Both the position numbers and the translations under genes were made by a program. Shown here one piece after another: positions 10,296 through 19,847 of a stretch of 64,000 nucleotides of DNA. The notes beneath the pieces are model-generated. The model worked only from the letters and a program-made list of their open reading frames with translations, was not told the DNA's origin and did not search any database. Origin of the DNA: Thermoproteota archaeon (GTDB lineage: Archaea > Thermoproteota > EX4484-205 > JAAOZP01). Position 1 is the first letter of the stretch. Every line of letters starts with the position of its first letter. The stretch is from positions 860-64,859 of the forward strand of contig JBNAVT010000008.1 of the NCBI GenBank assembly GCA_049700215.1, read 5' to 3'.

Positions 10296-10415
10296 GGGCC
10301 CGTCGCCTAACCAGGAAATGGCGGCAGTTTAAAAAAAGAAAAGCCGAGCCCTCTATCACAATGGGAAGAATGTGGGAAAGCTGTAATGATCTGGGTTCAA
10401 ATCCCAGCGGGCCCG
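10296..10415 (+). tRNA. intron-containing tRNA (120 nt gene; exons identical to the tRNA at 49306..49417; anticodon not unambiguously assignable, Arg-like body)
   Basis: GGGCCCG acceptor, GCC/GGC D-stem, CTGGG-TTCAAAT-CCCAG T-arm, 3' CGGGCCC-G. About 50 nt of intervening sequence sits between the GCAG and GCTGT anticodon-stem strands. The antisense ORF 10195..10422 translates to GPLGFEPRS, the tRNA signature. Confidence 0.6.
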
Positions 10416-10601
10416 TTTTCACTTTAGCCTAATTTTCCAGCTTGCTTCGAAAACCTATCGACGCCCTCTGCGACGCTTGGGTTTTTCAACTCCTATTCCT
10501 CTGCTTGCCAGGAATTCGTTCATCATATCTTCGCTTTCAAGCATCATCCCTACTTCAATCATAGCATCCATCCTCCTTAAGACTTACTGATTAACTGCTC
10601 G

Positions 10602-11411
10602 TCACTCAGCAGCATGCTCAGCCTCACCCCTAGCTAGGAATTCGTTCGAACGGTTCTCGAAGGCCTCTGTCAGGGTAAGCATCTCCTCCCTAGCCTTGTC
10701 GGCTTCCGCAACGTCCAAGGCTACTTCGACAAGGTTCGACAGCACACCGAGGCCTAGGAGAAGGTAGTACGCCGGCCTAATATAGGCGTGGGGAATCAGG
10801 AAGCTGATGGCGATCATTACTCCAGCGGTAATCATTATCCCCGGAAGCTTTGTTGCTAAACCGTCCCAGAAGCCCTTCCAAAACATCGTTGCTTTAAGCG
10901 CTAGAGAGACCTTCACCCCAGCGACAACCCTGCCATCCTTAACGAGCTCGAGAACAGCATCTCCGACGGCAGGTTCCTGCTGGACGAGCAGCAGGGAGCT
11001 TGCAGAAGTTTTGTTTAGAGCGACGCTTCCATTCCCCTCTTCAACCTTCGAGAAGAGAAAGAAGAGGCTCATGGTTGTCCTAAGCCTCAGCGAGTAGCTT
11101 ACATTAGTGTTAGCATAGTTTCTCAGTGTTAAGCCGTGAACGAGTTCTCCCTTACTCACCTTCAGCGGATTGTAGAACAGCCTGATGGATTTACACTGAT
11201 CTACAGTTCTATTTGTTACAGCATACTCCCACTCGGTTTCACCGGAGTCGACGAAGATGTTTTTCCCCTTTCTCCATCCGAGTTTCGCAAGCTGCTCATG
11301 CTCCTCAGCTGTGACCCATACTGTTTCATTAGTAACCTTCTCGCCAACAAGCTTTATACTCAAGCTTCTCGGAGCCTTGGTTAGATTCAGCTTCTCGTAG
11401 CGCGCGCCCAT
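10602..11411 (-). CDS. hypothetical surface/membrane glycoprotein (C-terminal TM anchor, many N-x-S/T sequons)
   Basis: 269 aa with multiple NxS/T sequons and a C-terminal hydrophobic helix. Overlaps the upstream ORF by 25 nt in another frame, so the two may be one gene. Confidence 0.4.
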   Translation of the reverse strand: MGARYEKLNLTKAPRSLSIKLVGEKVTNETVWVTAEEHEQLAKLGWRKGKNIFVDSGETEWEYAVTNRTVDQCKSIRLFYNPLKVSKGELVHGLTLRNYANTNVSYSLRLRTTMSLFFLFSKVEEGNGSVALNKTSASSLLLVQQEPAVGDAVLELVKDGRVVAGVKVSLALKATMFWKGFWDGLATKLPGIMITAGVMIAISFLIPHAYIRPAYYLLLGLGVLSNLVEVALDVAEADKAREEMLTLTEAFENRSNEFLARGEAEHAAE

Positions 11412-12049
11412 CCGCCGCCGTGCCCGATGCGGAATAACGCTTGAAAAACATCCCTCTCAACCCTCAGAGTCGCATTGGCACGGATCCAGTGGCAGTCGAC
11501 CCTCATCCCACCTGAGCCTATGTCGTAGACCTTGCGCTCAAGGGTTCTAAGGCTCAGCGAAACACCGTAGGATGAAAGGTTGAAACGTATCTCTGAGAAA
11601 ACCGGCCCATCAAGACCTGGAAGGTAAACGTTGATAACGTTGTTCTTAAGGTCGCCGTTCAAGTCAAGTATTGCTTTATAAAACCCGCCTGGTTCCCTAC
11701 TGCTATAGGCTACGTCGTAAAGGTCTGAGGTTCTGATCGAGACATTGTAGTACTTTGTAGAAGTCACATTATAGAGTTTAACATGTTTCTTAACTCCTTT
11801 CAGCTCGTAGTAGACCGAGGAGAGGGATGAGTTGCATACCACGGGGATTTCGACATAAACCCCGCCGTCCTCAAGGCCGCGGGTAACACGAAGACTAGCA
11901 TAGTCTATTAAAATGGAAACGCCGTCAGCCTCAATCCTCCTTGGAAGACCTAATCCACCTATTGCTCTAACTATCTCCTTTTCGCCGTAGCCGAGGCTTA
12001 TTAATGGGGCTATCGCCATCCAGATCTCGTTGGCGAGGCTAATGTTCAC
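11387..12049 (-). CDS. hypothetical secreted/surface glycoprotein (possibly N-terminal part of the same gene as 10602..11411)
   Basis: 220 aa with many NxS/T sequons. The frame stays open upstream to about 12172 without an ATG. A signal-peptide-like mini-ORF MGVKRKITGVFLTLLILTT... (12269..12153) lies in another frame. Confidence 0.35.
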   Translation of the reverse strand: MNISLANEIWMAIAPLISLGYGEKEIVRAIGGLGLPRRIEADGVSILIDYASLRVTRGLEDGGVYVEIPVVCNSSLSSVYYELKGVKKHVKLYNVTSTKYYNVSIRTSDLYDVAYSSREPGGFYKAILDLNGDLKNNVINVYLPGLDGPVFSEIRFNLSSYGVSLSLRTLERKVYDIGSGGMRVDCHWIRANATLRVERDVFQALFRIGHGGGWARATRS

Positions 12050-12565
12050 TCCTTCCGGGATAACGTAGCTCCGCTCTAGAAGCGGGCCTTCGGGAGGAAC
12101 ACCGTTTTCAAGCTGTCTCCTGAGAACCTCAATATCGCCAGTATTCCAGCCATCAAACAGGTACTGGCCTGACTATTGGCTGAAGCAAGAGCCAAGACGG
12201 CTGTATGAAACTCGTGGTTAGTATGAGAAGAGTAAGAAACACCCCCGTAATCTTCCTCTTAACACCCATGGCTAGGAAACACAGTGGAAAAATGCCTATT
12301 TATAGCATGAAGTAAGCGAAAATTTCCGCTTGCCTTTGGTAAAAAATTTACCGACAGGCGTAAAGCTTCTTTACACAGGATTCCGGCAGAATAGAACTAT
12401 TGTCAACGCCTTGCCTAACCGTTTTAACTCGGCTTAGAAGCAGGTTAAGAACTTGAATGCAGGCTTCCCGCCGGTTTTTAGCGTTCTCAGGGGTTTTTCT
12501 AAGGCTGATAGTTAAGTTTTTTACATGAAAATGCTAAATACTGAGGCTTAGGGCATACCTCGGTC

Positions 12566-13321
12566 ATGAGCAGGTCGCGGATGGAGCAGGTCAAGAAGAA
12601 GATAAACGTGATTTACCTGCTTAAAGTGGTTAAAAGCAGGTATACTTATAATGAGCTGTCCCAGCTCACCGGACTGCCTATCACTGTTCTAGCTAGGTAT
12701 GCTAACGGGAGTGTTCTGCCCTCTGACGAGAGGGCTGACGATCTCTACCGGATTCTTACGGAGAAAATTCCGCTTGAAGAGCTTATTTCAAGCAGGCTTG
12801 CTTTCGACGAGTCTGGATACTTCGATTCTTCACGTGTAATATGGGACGTGAACCTTCTGAGGCTCATCAGCCATAAGGCTGTGATTCCCTTCATGGGGAG
12901 AAAGATAGACAAGGTTATGACGGCTGCTGTAGACGGTATTCCTCTCGCATCGTTTGTTGCTGAGGAGCTTGACGCTGACCTTGTAATAGCTAAAAGGTAT
13001 AAGGAGGTTGGGGTTAAGGATTTTCTTGAAGCCACGTATGTCATAGGCAGCTCCGCTGTTGTAAGCTCTCTGTATATTCCAAAGAATGCTTTGAAGAAGG
13101 ATGACAACGTCCTGATTGTTGATGATGCTATCAGGACTGGGGAGACGGATATTGCTTTAATAAGGCTCGTCGAGAAGGCTAAGGCTAATATAGTGGGCAT
13201 CTTCATACTTATTGCAACCGGTAGAGATTGGAGGGAAAAGCTTCAAAAGAGGACAAACGTGCCCATATACGTTTTCTCAGAGATAAATCCGAAGCCTTTG
13301 GAAGTGGAGCAAAGGAAGTAG
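12566..13321 (+). CDS. HTH transcriptional regulator with phosphoribosyltransferase (PRTase) domain (GfcR/PyrE-like regulator family)
   Basis: N-terminal HTH YNELSQLTGLPITVLARYANG. C-terminal type I PRTase motif VLIVDDAIRTGETDIA. Confidence 0.6.
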   Translation: MSRSRMEQVKKKINVIYLLKVVKSRYTYNELSQLTGLPITVLARYANGSVLPSDERADDLYRILTEKIPLEELISSRLAFDESGYFDSSRVIWDVNLLRLISHKAVIPFMGRKIDKVMTAAVDGIPLASFVAEELDADLVIAKRYKEVGVKDFLEATYVIGSSAVVSSLYIPKNALKKDDNVLIVDDAIRTGETDIALIRLVEKAKANIVGIFILIATGRDWREKLQKRTNVPIYVFSEINPKPLEVEQRK

Positions 13322-13325
13322 GAGG

Positions 13326-14402
13326 TTGATTCAGTCGAGCTCTCAGTCAACCCTTGAGGCTAAGCTTCTAACGCTTAAGAATAGGAGTATTGAGGAAGCC
13401 CTATCTGTTTTCGAAGCGCTCTCCAGCAAGACGCCTGAATCTCCTATCGTCATGCTGCATAGCAATAAGAGTAAGGTTATCAGTCTAGGGTGTTTTCAGG
13501 TTGCTGACGAGGATTTTCTAACAGGCTTCCTGCGTAAAAAGGGTTTGAAATACTTCTTCAGGCTTCACGGCGGAGACGTGATGCTTCACGATGAAAACCA
13601 GGTTGGAATAGCGTTGATACTGCCTAGGGATGAGAAGTATGGAGAGACCTATGTTTCCCTAGTGAGCCTCCTGATGAAGAGAAACGGCGTTTCAAATATT
13701 CATGTTACAAACGATTCTATCCTGTGTTTCAACAAGGTTCTCGGGGAAGTGATACACGTGGAGAAGAACGGGTTAGCAAGCTGGTTTACATTCATCTATT
13801 TGAAGAGGAATTTTGAGGAAATGGCTGGCTTAAAATTCCCTAAAGAACAGTTAATTAAAGAAAGGGTTAGCAAGCTTAAGGAGAACTACATAGGGTTAGA
13901 TCAGGTTTTAGAGAAACCGCTTTCTGCAGACGCGTTTTTAGAATCGGTTAAGACGGTTTTGACGGATGACTTGGGCTTCAGAGTAAAGGATTTTAGGCTG
14001 GGGCTTGGAGACAAGAAGCTTTTCTGGAAGAACAGGGACATGCTCAAGAAGAACAGTATTTCTGAGGCTGTTCAACTGAGGCATTCCGCGTTGCTGAAGG
14101 AGGAGGGTGTCCTTCTTCTTTCTAAAAGATTGATGAACGGTTTCCTGCGGATGCGGCTTAAAATCAAGGATAAGACGCTTGAGAAGATCAGCATCTCAGG
14201 GAGCTTTATGTTCGAGCCTCCTGGGAAACTTATAGATTTCGAGAAAATGCTGGAGGGCAAGGAGCTTGACGAGACAGTTTTAACCGAGAAGGTTACGGAA
14301 TTCTTTATTAACGAGAAGATTAAAGCCTCCTTCACCGCGTTCGAAATAGTTGAACTACTGTGTAGCGCAGCCGGTGGCTCTAATGAGCATGGAGAACAGT
14401 AG
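13326..14402 (+). CDS. BPL/LPL catalytic-domain protein (lipoate-protein ligase / octanoyltransferase-like)
   Basis: RLHGGDVMLHDENQVG matches the R-x-(S)GG-x-V-x-HD motif of the LplA/LipB/BirA catalytic family. Confidence 0.45.
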   Translation: MIQSSSQSTLEAKLLTLKNRSIEEALSVFEALSSKTPESPIVMLHSNKSKVISLGCFQVADEDFLTGFLRKKGLKYFFRLHGGDVMLHDENQVGIALILPRDEKYGETYVSLVSLLMKRNGVSNIHVTNDSILCFNKVLGEVIHVEKNGLASWFTFIYLKRNFEEMAGLKFPKEQLIKERVSKLKENYIGLDQVLEKPLSADAFLESVKTVLTDDLGFRVKDFRLGLGDKKLFWKNRDMLKKNSISEAVQLRHSALLKEEGVLLLSKRLMNGFLRMRLKIKDKTLEKISISGSFMFEPPGKLIDFEKMLEGKELDETVLTEKVTEFFINEKIKASFTAFEIVELLCSAAGGSNEHGEQ

Positions 14403-14952
14403 GGAACCCGGGTTTCCAATCGTGGCTGAGAAGAGCCGTGACGAAGTGCATGTTACTGACAGGGATGCTGTTGAGTGGCTTGATTCTAAAGGCTACGGCT
14501 TCAGGTTTAGGGAAGACCTATTAATACTCCGCCCTTTTGAAGCCCTCTACCTTATGAGCCAGAATAAGCTCGTATTATACCACAGGTCTAAACAATTAGT
14601 GTTCAACCAGTATCTTAAGATTCTTGAAAAGACTGATAGCAAGATATGGCTGAGATACTTAATCTATAAGGATCTGAGGGATAAAGGGTATGTTGTTAAA
14701 GACGGCTATGGCTTCGACATAGATTTCAAAGTTTACGAGGCTGGCGACTATGGTTCAAAGCCCGCGAAATACCTTGTATACGGGATTGCTGAGGGAACAC
14801 CCCTCCCTGTCACGAAGCTCTACAATATTCTGCGACACTCCTACTCCCTCCGGAAGACGCTGATAATCGCTACGGTCGACAGGAGGAGTGAAATAGTTTA
14901 TTACATGCTTTCATCCCTGCTTCTCGGGAAAGAGACTAGAGGAGAACAATGA
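14350..14952 (+). CDS. endA: tRNA-splicing endonuclease, catalytic subunit (EndA)
   Basis: C-terminal catalytic motif YLIYKDLRDKGYVVKDGYGFDIDFKVYE ... RHSYSLRKTLIIA with the Tyr/His/Lys triad context. Size about 190 aa; the true start is probably at the internal MSMENS. Confidence 0.8.
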   Translation: MNYCVAQPVALMSMENSREPGFPIVAEKSRDEVHVTDRDAVEWLDSKGYGFRFREDLLILRPFEALYLMSQNKLVLYHRSKQLVFNQYLKILEKTDSKIWLRYLIYKDLRDKGYVVKDGYGFDIDFKVYEAGDYGSKPAKYLVYGIAEGTPLPVTKLYNILRHSYSLRKTLIIATVDRRSEIVYYMLSSLLLGKETRGEQ

Positions 14953-16244
14953 GGGGAGATAGTCTTACGTTGAGAGGGATGCGGAACCTGCTGCCGGATG
15001 AGAAGGCAAAGCTGAACAGGATTGAAAGCGAGATAAGAAGGCTTTTCAAAATATATGGTTTCCAGGAGGTTGAAACACCTACAATAGAACCCCTTGAACT
15101 CTTTGAGCTGAAATCCGGAGAGGAGATTAGACACAGGATGTACAGGTTCACGGATCTAGGCGGCAGGGAGGTTGTGTTAAGGCCTGAGGCAACAGCCTCA
15201 ATAGTGAAGCTTGTAGTGCAGGAGATGCGTAGCGCACCGCTTCCGATAAAAATAGGCTACGTGTTGAACGCTTTCAGGTATGATGAGCCGCAGTACGGTA
15301 GATACAGAGAGTTTAAACAAGGTGGCTTCGAAATATTCGGAACCAAGAGCCCGCTGGCGGATGCGGAGATCCTTGAAATCTCTTCGAGGCTGATGGAGGG
15401 TCTTGGGATAAAAGACTACTACATAAAGATAGGGCATGAAGGCGTTTTAAGAGCAGCGTTAACCCATCTGAATGTTGAGGAGAGTGTTCAGGACAGGGTT
15501 TTAGGCTTGATAGACAAGGAGAGGCTCACTGAGGCCTTTGAAATACTCGGCCCTCTCCCAATGGGCGGGGAAGCCGTCAGCATCATTAGGAGCCTCTGGG
15601 AGATTAAAAGCAGGGACCCGGATGAGGCTGTTAGAAAAGCCGGCGAAGTCTTGAAGGATATTCCTGAGGCAGGCGACCAGTTGGAGAACTTGAGGGAGAT
15701 AATAGAGCTTGCTAAAGCAAGTGGGGTCGGCGGGTTTCTCGTCGACATGGGTTTCGCAAGAGGCCTCGACTACTACACTGGAATGATCTTCGAGGTTTAT
15801 GTTAAAAACCTCAAGATCGCGGTCAACGGTGGCGGGAGGTATGATAAGCTGGCGGGCCTTTTGGGCTGGGATATTCCAGCTGTCGGATGCGCACCCGGGA
15901 TAGATCGATTAAGCCTTGCAATGGATGAGGAGACTGTTCCACGGGACAACTTGGTATGCATGATTGTAAGCATGGTTAAGGAGGGCGATATTCTCGCGGC
16001 GAGTCTTGCAGGCATGCTGAGAATGAAGGGGGTTCCCACGCTGGTTGACTACACTAGGAGGGATGTTAGCAAAGCCCTCTCGTATGCTTCGAAGAGAAGC
16101 GTGAAGTATGTTGCGTTAATCGGCGGCAGAGAGGTTGAAGCTAACACTGTAGCGTTGAAAAACATGGAGACGGGGGGTCAGGAGGAGCTTAAAATCGAGC
16201 AGGTTATTGAAAAACTCTCGTCTCACAGCCTTCAGAAGCTTTAA
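14949..16244 (+). CDS. hisS: histidine--tRNA ligase (HisRS)
   Basis: Class II motif 2 AFRYDEPQYGRYREFKQGGFEIFG; C-terminal anticodon-binding domain; 431 aa. Confidence 0.9.
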   Translation: MRGDSLTLRGMRNLLPDEKAKLNRIESEIRRLFKIYGFQEVETPTIEPLELFELKSGEEIRHRMYRFTDLGGREVVLRPEATASIVKLVVQEMRSAPLPIKIGYVLNAFRYDEPQYGRYREFKQGGFEIFGTKSPLADAEILEISSRLMEGLGIKDYYIKIGHEGVLRAALTHLNVEESVQDRVLGLIDKERLTEAFEILGPLPMGGEAVSIIRSLWEIKSRDPDEAVRKAGEVLKDIPEAGDQLENLREIIELAKASGVGGFLVDMGFARGLDYYTGMIFEVYVKNLKIAVNGGGRYDKLAGLLGWDIPAVGCAPGIDRLSLAMDEETVPRDNLVCMIVSMVKEGDILAASLAGMLRMKGVPTLVDYTRRDVSKALSYASKRSVKYVALIGGREVEANTVALKNMETGGQEELKIEQVIEKLSSHSLQKL

Positions 16245-16247
16245 TTT

Positions 16248-17393
16248 TCACTCTCCAGAGAGGAGGTGGAGGTTCCCTATTCTAACTTTCTCCAAATGTT
16301 TTCTAGCTGCCTCGTAGCACTCGCGCGCCTGCCTCCGGCTGGTCGTAGGAAGGTCATTCATGATGTACTGAGGGTAAAAAGCTAGAAGCGTGTAGGGTAT
16401 CTTTGTGTTAACCCCCGCTATGAATCTCGCGATATTCTCAACCTCAGCCGCGTCCACATATCCTGGAATAAGGAGTGTGCTGGCTGTTAAAACAGGCACC
16501 TCAGGACGCTGCTTGAAAAACCTCTCACCTATTTCTCTAAAATTATCTAATGCGGCTTTATTAGAAACTCCGCATAGTACTTTACTCAGATTCTCATCCC
16601 AAACCTTAAGGTCGAACTTAACAACGCCCCCGCTCTTAAGAGAAAGCTCCGCCGCCTTCAGTGCGGAAGCCTTCGACATGTTTCCATTAGTCTCCCAGCA
16701 TATTCTAAGTATACGTTTCTCCTCCTCAGCTCTTTGAAGGGCAATCCGGCTGGTTTCAAGAGCATGCATCATCTGCGTGGAGGGATCTCCCCCGAAAAAG
16801 CAGATGCATGAAACATTCCGGTTAACCTTAGAAGCGAGCTCCTGGGAGCTTACGAGGGGCTTCAGGCTTTGAGACATCCGTCTGAAATGCCAGTTCTGGC
16901 AGAAAAGACAGTCAAAACTACAGCTGCCATAGAATACGGCGAGATTCGAATATCCTTCCTCGGCACTAGGCTTGTAGGCATACGTAGGGTAGCCTGCACC
17001 CGTGCAGCCTGGGCAGAACCACCATGCGACGCAGTTAGTTGGAAGAGGATCATAATACCATTCTAGCAGCCCCGTCTCCGGGGTTCCGCCGAGCCTGGTT
17101 AAACGGCCGTTGGAATTCAAAACTAGGCCACAGAACCCTTTCTCCCCCGGCTTGATTCTACAATCGTTGGCGCAGACGCCGCAGGGTGAACCGTCAGGAT
17201 CCCTAGGGGGAGCCGGCGGAAGCCCGAAGGCCCTCCTCGTGTCATCGTGGACACGTTTAGCTATTTCAACAGCCTCCTCCGGATTTCTCCTAACGCATTT
17301 TAAACAAACGCCCAGCTGACCAGCTATTAGAGGAGACTCGACTCCGCAAATCAAACACCTTCCCAACACCTTTCCCCTTAATATTTTCTGCAA
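16248..17393 (-). CDS. radical SAM protein (PflA-like / AmmeMemoRadiSam-system type)
   Basis: CSFDCLFCQNW contains the CX3CX2C radical-SAM cluster motif in the context typical of that subfamily. Additional N-terminal Cys-rich region. Confidence 0.6.
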   Translation of the reverse strand: MQKILRGKVLGRCLICGVESPLIAGQLGVCLKCVRRNPEEAVEIAKRVHDDTRRAFGLPPAPPRDPDGSPCGVCANDCRIKPGEKGFCGLVLNSNGRLTRLGGTPETGLLEWYYDPLPTNCVAWWFCPGCTGAGYPTYAYKPSAEEGYSNLAVFYGSCSFDCLFCQNWHFRRMSQSLKPLVSSQELASKVNRNVSCICFFGGDPSTQMMHALETSRIALQRAEEEKRILRICWETNGNMSKASALKAAELSLKSGGVVKFDLKVWDENLSKVLCGVSNKAALDNFREIGERFFKQRPEVPVLTASTLLIPGYVDAAEVENIARFIAGVNTKIPYTLLAFYPQYIMNDLPTTSRRQARECYEAARKHLEKVRIGNLHLLSGE

Positions 17394-18017
17394 GAGTATT
17401 TATTTTAAATTTAGGGAACAACCTGAGTTGCTAAGGAGTATTCACGCTTCCGCTTCAGCTTCGCCAACCATTCTTGTTATTACTGCAAACCCCTTAACCC
17501 CTTGGAAACTAGTTCCTAGGACAATGCTCACGGGGACAAACCCCATATTCGGAATCATGGCTGAAACCTCATCCTCCCTATCCCTAACTTTCTCCAGAAG
17601 CTCGCCGAACATGGGCAGGTTATCTTCAAAAGATCCTATGGGATAAGCTTCAGTAAGTTTTTCTCTTGCCTAAAGTAAATAAATACCGGTGGGCAATCTA
17701 GGATCATAATAGGGAGATTAAGCATTCCTCCATGCGGTGCTTACTGCGAAGCCTGTAAGAGCCATGGGAGAGAATGCGCCGGCTGCGTAGAGACAAATGG
17801 TAAACCCTTCTTCCTGAGGGGAACGGGGCTGAACGTCTGTCCGGTTTGGCAGTGTGCGGAGAAGCGTGGAGTAGAGCACTGTGACAACTGCGGAGGGTTT
17901 CCTTGTAGCGAATTTTTAAACTGGTATGACCCGGCTAGTGGTATAGTCACATCCCTAAGGAGGGCGGGCTTCTAGCCTTAAGGAGAAGAATAGGAGACGA
18001 AGCATGGGTTAAATGGG

Positions 18018-18368
18018 TTATGGAAAAGAAGATAGGGTTTGGAGACTGATATCAAAATAATATTTTTCGAAATCAACTATCCTGCCATTCTTAACTTTAA
18101 CCCCTTCCTTAGCCAGCATCCTGGCTTTCCTTCCTACTCCCTTCATGCCTCCGTAGCCGCCAAGCCTCCCATCGCTGTACACGACCCTGTGGCACGGTAC
18201 GGTCGGCGCATAGGGGTTGCTCCTCATTAATGCTCCAATAGCCCTTGCAGAATCAGGATGCCCAACAGCCTTAGCCAACGCCCCGTATGTAGTAACCCTC
18301 CCCTTTGGAACATGCTTAAGCAGCTCGTAAACAAGTCTCCGGTCAATAACCTTCTTTTTCACAAGCAT
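18018..18368 (-). CDS. methylated-DNA--protein-cysteine methyltransferase (MGMT/Ogt) DNA-binding-domain protein
   Basis: Active-site PCHRVV with helix-turn-wing TYGALAKAVGHPDSARAIG. Only 116 aa, so it is the C-terminal domain alone. Confidence 0.6.
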   Translation of the reverse strand: MLVKKKVIDRRLVYELLKHVPKGRVTTYGALAKAVGHPDSARAIGALMRSNPYAPTVPCHRVVYSDGRLGGYGGMKGVGRKARMLAKEGVKVKNGRIVDFEKYYFDISLQTLSSFP

Positions 18369-18446
18369 GTTAAGGCATGCGGGAATTTAACCCTTTAGGC
18401 AAGTCACTAGTGTTCTCGAATTATTCGAAAACTTTAACTGTTTTCC

Positions 18447-19769
18447 ATGGATTATCGATACATGTTAACGGTTAGCAGGAAGATGGATCTCCTGAGGTTC
18501 GAGCTTATTCAGGCGGCTGAAGAAGGAAAGGACGTGGAAAAATACAGGGAGAAGCTAGCTTTGCTCGACGAGTTGAAAGCTGGACACAGGGAACTGGATG
18601 AACTTTACGGAGGGATATTGTCCTCACCCACTGTAGCTGGTTGGCCGTATGCTGAACCAGACAGCCTAGAGGAAATAAGGAGGAGTGCGAACCCGCCTAA
18701 GGACGAGGAAGCGTGGATAAGCAGGCATGAGCTCCGAGACAGGATGCTGGGAGCCTGGTTTGGAAGAATAGCGGGAAACATGCTTGGGAAGCCTGTGGAA
18801 GGCTGGCCTAAGAATAGGATAGAAGAGTATCTTAAGAAGGCTGGGTGTTACCCGCTTGACTACTATATTCCAGAGCTTATTCCTCGTGTTAAGAGCCTTC
18901 AAGAATACTATAGGGTGGGCGGGCTCCGTGGAAGCTTGAACAAGGCTCTGAGGGATGATGATTTAGATTATACTATACTGGGTCTGCTCCTGTTAGAGAG
19001 AAAGGGCTTCAGCTTTACTACGGATGATGTTGCTGAAGAATGGTTGAACCGGCTGCCCTTCCACCTCACCTACACTGCTGAGAGGGAGGCTTACAGGAAC
19101 CTTACGCTCGGCCTTAAGCCTCCCGAGACAGCAACCTTCTGGAATCCTTTCAGAGAGTGGATAGGAGCCCAGATAAGGGCCGACCCATGGGGGTACGCAA
19201 ACCCTATGAGGCCTTGGAGCGCTGCGGAGATGGCTTACAGGGATGCTAAGCTCTCTCACGTTAAGAATGGGGTTTACGGCGAGATGCTGATGGCAGCCAT
19301 GGTCGCGTCAGCCTTCTCCGAGCCGGAGCCGCTGAAAATCGTGGAGAAAGGGCTCTCATGCATACCTTTTGAAAGCAGGCTGGCTGAGGCAGTCAGGCAC
19401 TGCGTAGACCTTTGGAGGAAGCACCGGGGCTTTGACGCAGCCTACGGGGAGGCGATGTTGAAATACGGGCATTATCACCCGGTTCACGCGATAAACAATG
19501 CTGCAATAGTTGTTCTCGCCCTGCTTTATGGCGAGGGTGATTTCGGGAAATCCGTGTGCCTAAGCGTGTCCGGCGGGCTTGACACGGATTGCAACGGCGC
19601 GACGGTAGGGTCCATAGTTGGCGCTATGGTTGGCTTCAGACGCATACCGGAAAAATGGTACTCGCCTTTGAACAATACGTTGGATTCAGCGTTATCAGGA
19701 TTGGGGGAGCTTAAGATATCTGAGTTGGCCGAGAGGATGGTGAAAGTTGTAGCTGAGAACTGGAGCTAA
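18447..19769 (+). CDS. ADP-ribosylglycohydrolase family protein
   Basis: DDDLDYTILGLLLLE and GGLDTDCNGATVGSIVGAMVG are characteristic of the ADP-ribosylglycohydrolase (DraG/ARH) family. Confidence 0.75.
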   Translation: MDYRYMLTVSRKMDLLRFELIQAAEEGKDVEKYREKLALLDELKAGHRELDELYGGILSSPTVAGWPYAEPDSLEEIRRSANPPKDEEAWISRHELRDRMLGAWFGRIAGNMLGKPVEGWPKNRIEEYLKKAGCYPLDYYIPELIPRVKSLQEYYRVGGLRGSLNKALRDDDLDYTILGLLLLERKGFSFTTDDVAEEWLNRLPFHLTYTAEREAYRNLTLGLKPPETATFWNPFREWIGAQIRADPWGYANPMRPWSAAEMAYRDAKLSHVKNGVYGEMLMAAMVASAFSEPEPLKIVEKGLSCIPFESRLAEAVRHCVDLWRKHRGFDAAYGEAMLKYGHYHPVHAINNAAIVVLALLYGEGDFGKSVCLSVSGGLDTDCNGATVGSIVGAMVGFRRIPEKWYSPLNNTLDSALSGLGELKISELAERMVKVVAENWS

Positions 19770-19847
19770 TTCTATACTGGAGACTTTTTCTTCATCTCAA
19801 TAATGCTGTTTCATCCCTGCTTTCCATTTTTTTTGAGAAACAGTTGC

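Noticed and set aside
10195-10422. 75-aa ORF containing GPLGFEPRS
   Set aside because: It is the antisense translation of the tRNA T-arm/acceptor region (GGGCCCGCTGGGATTTGAACCCAG). Same explanation for ORF 2641..2847 (...RFEPATPRS...).
17420-17660. Possible short minus-strand gene (…MIPNMGFVPVSIVLGTSFQGVKGFAVITRMVGEAEAEA*) in the 600-bp gap between the radical-SAM and MGMT genes
   Set aside because: No start codon upstream of an internal Met (it would be 56 aa) and no recognisable family. Could be a remnant; not called.
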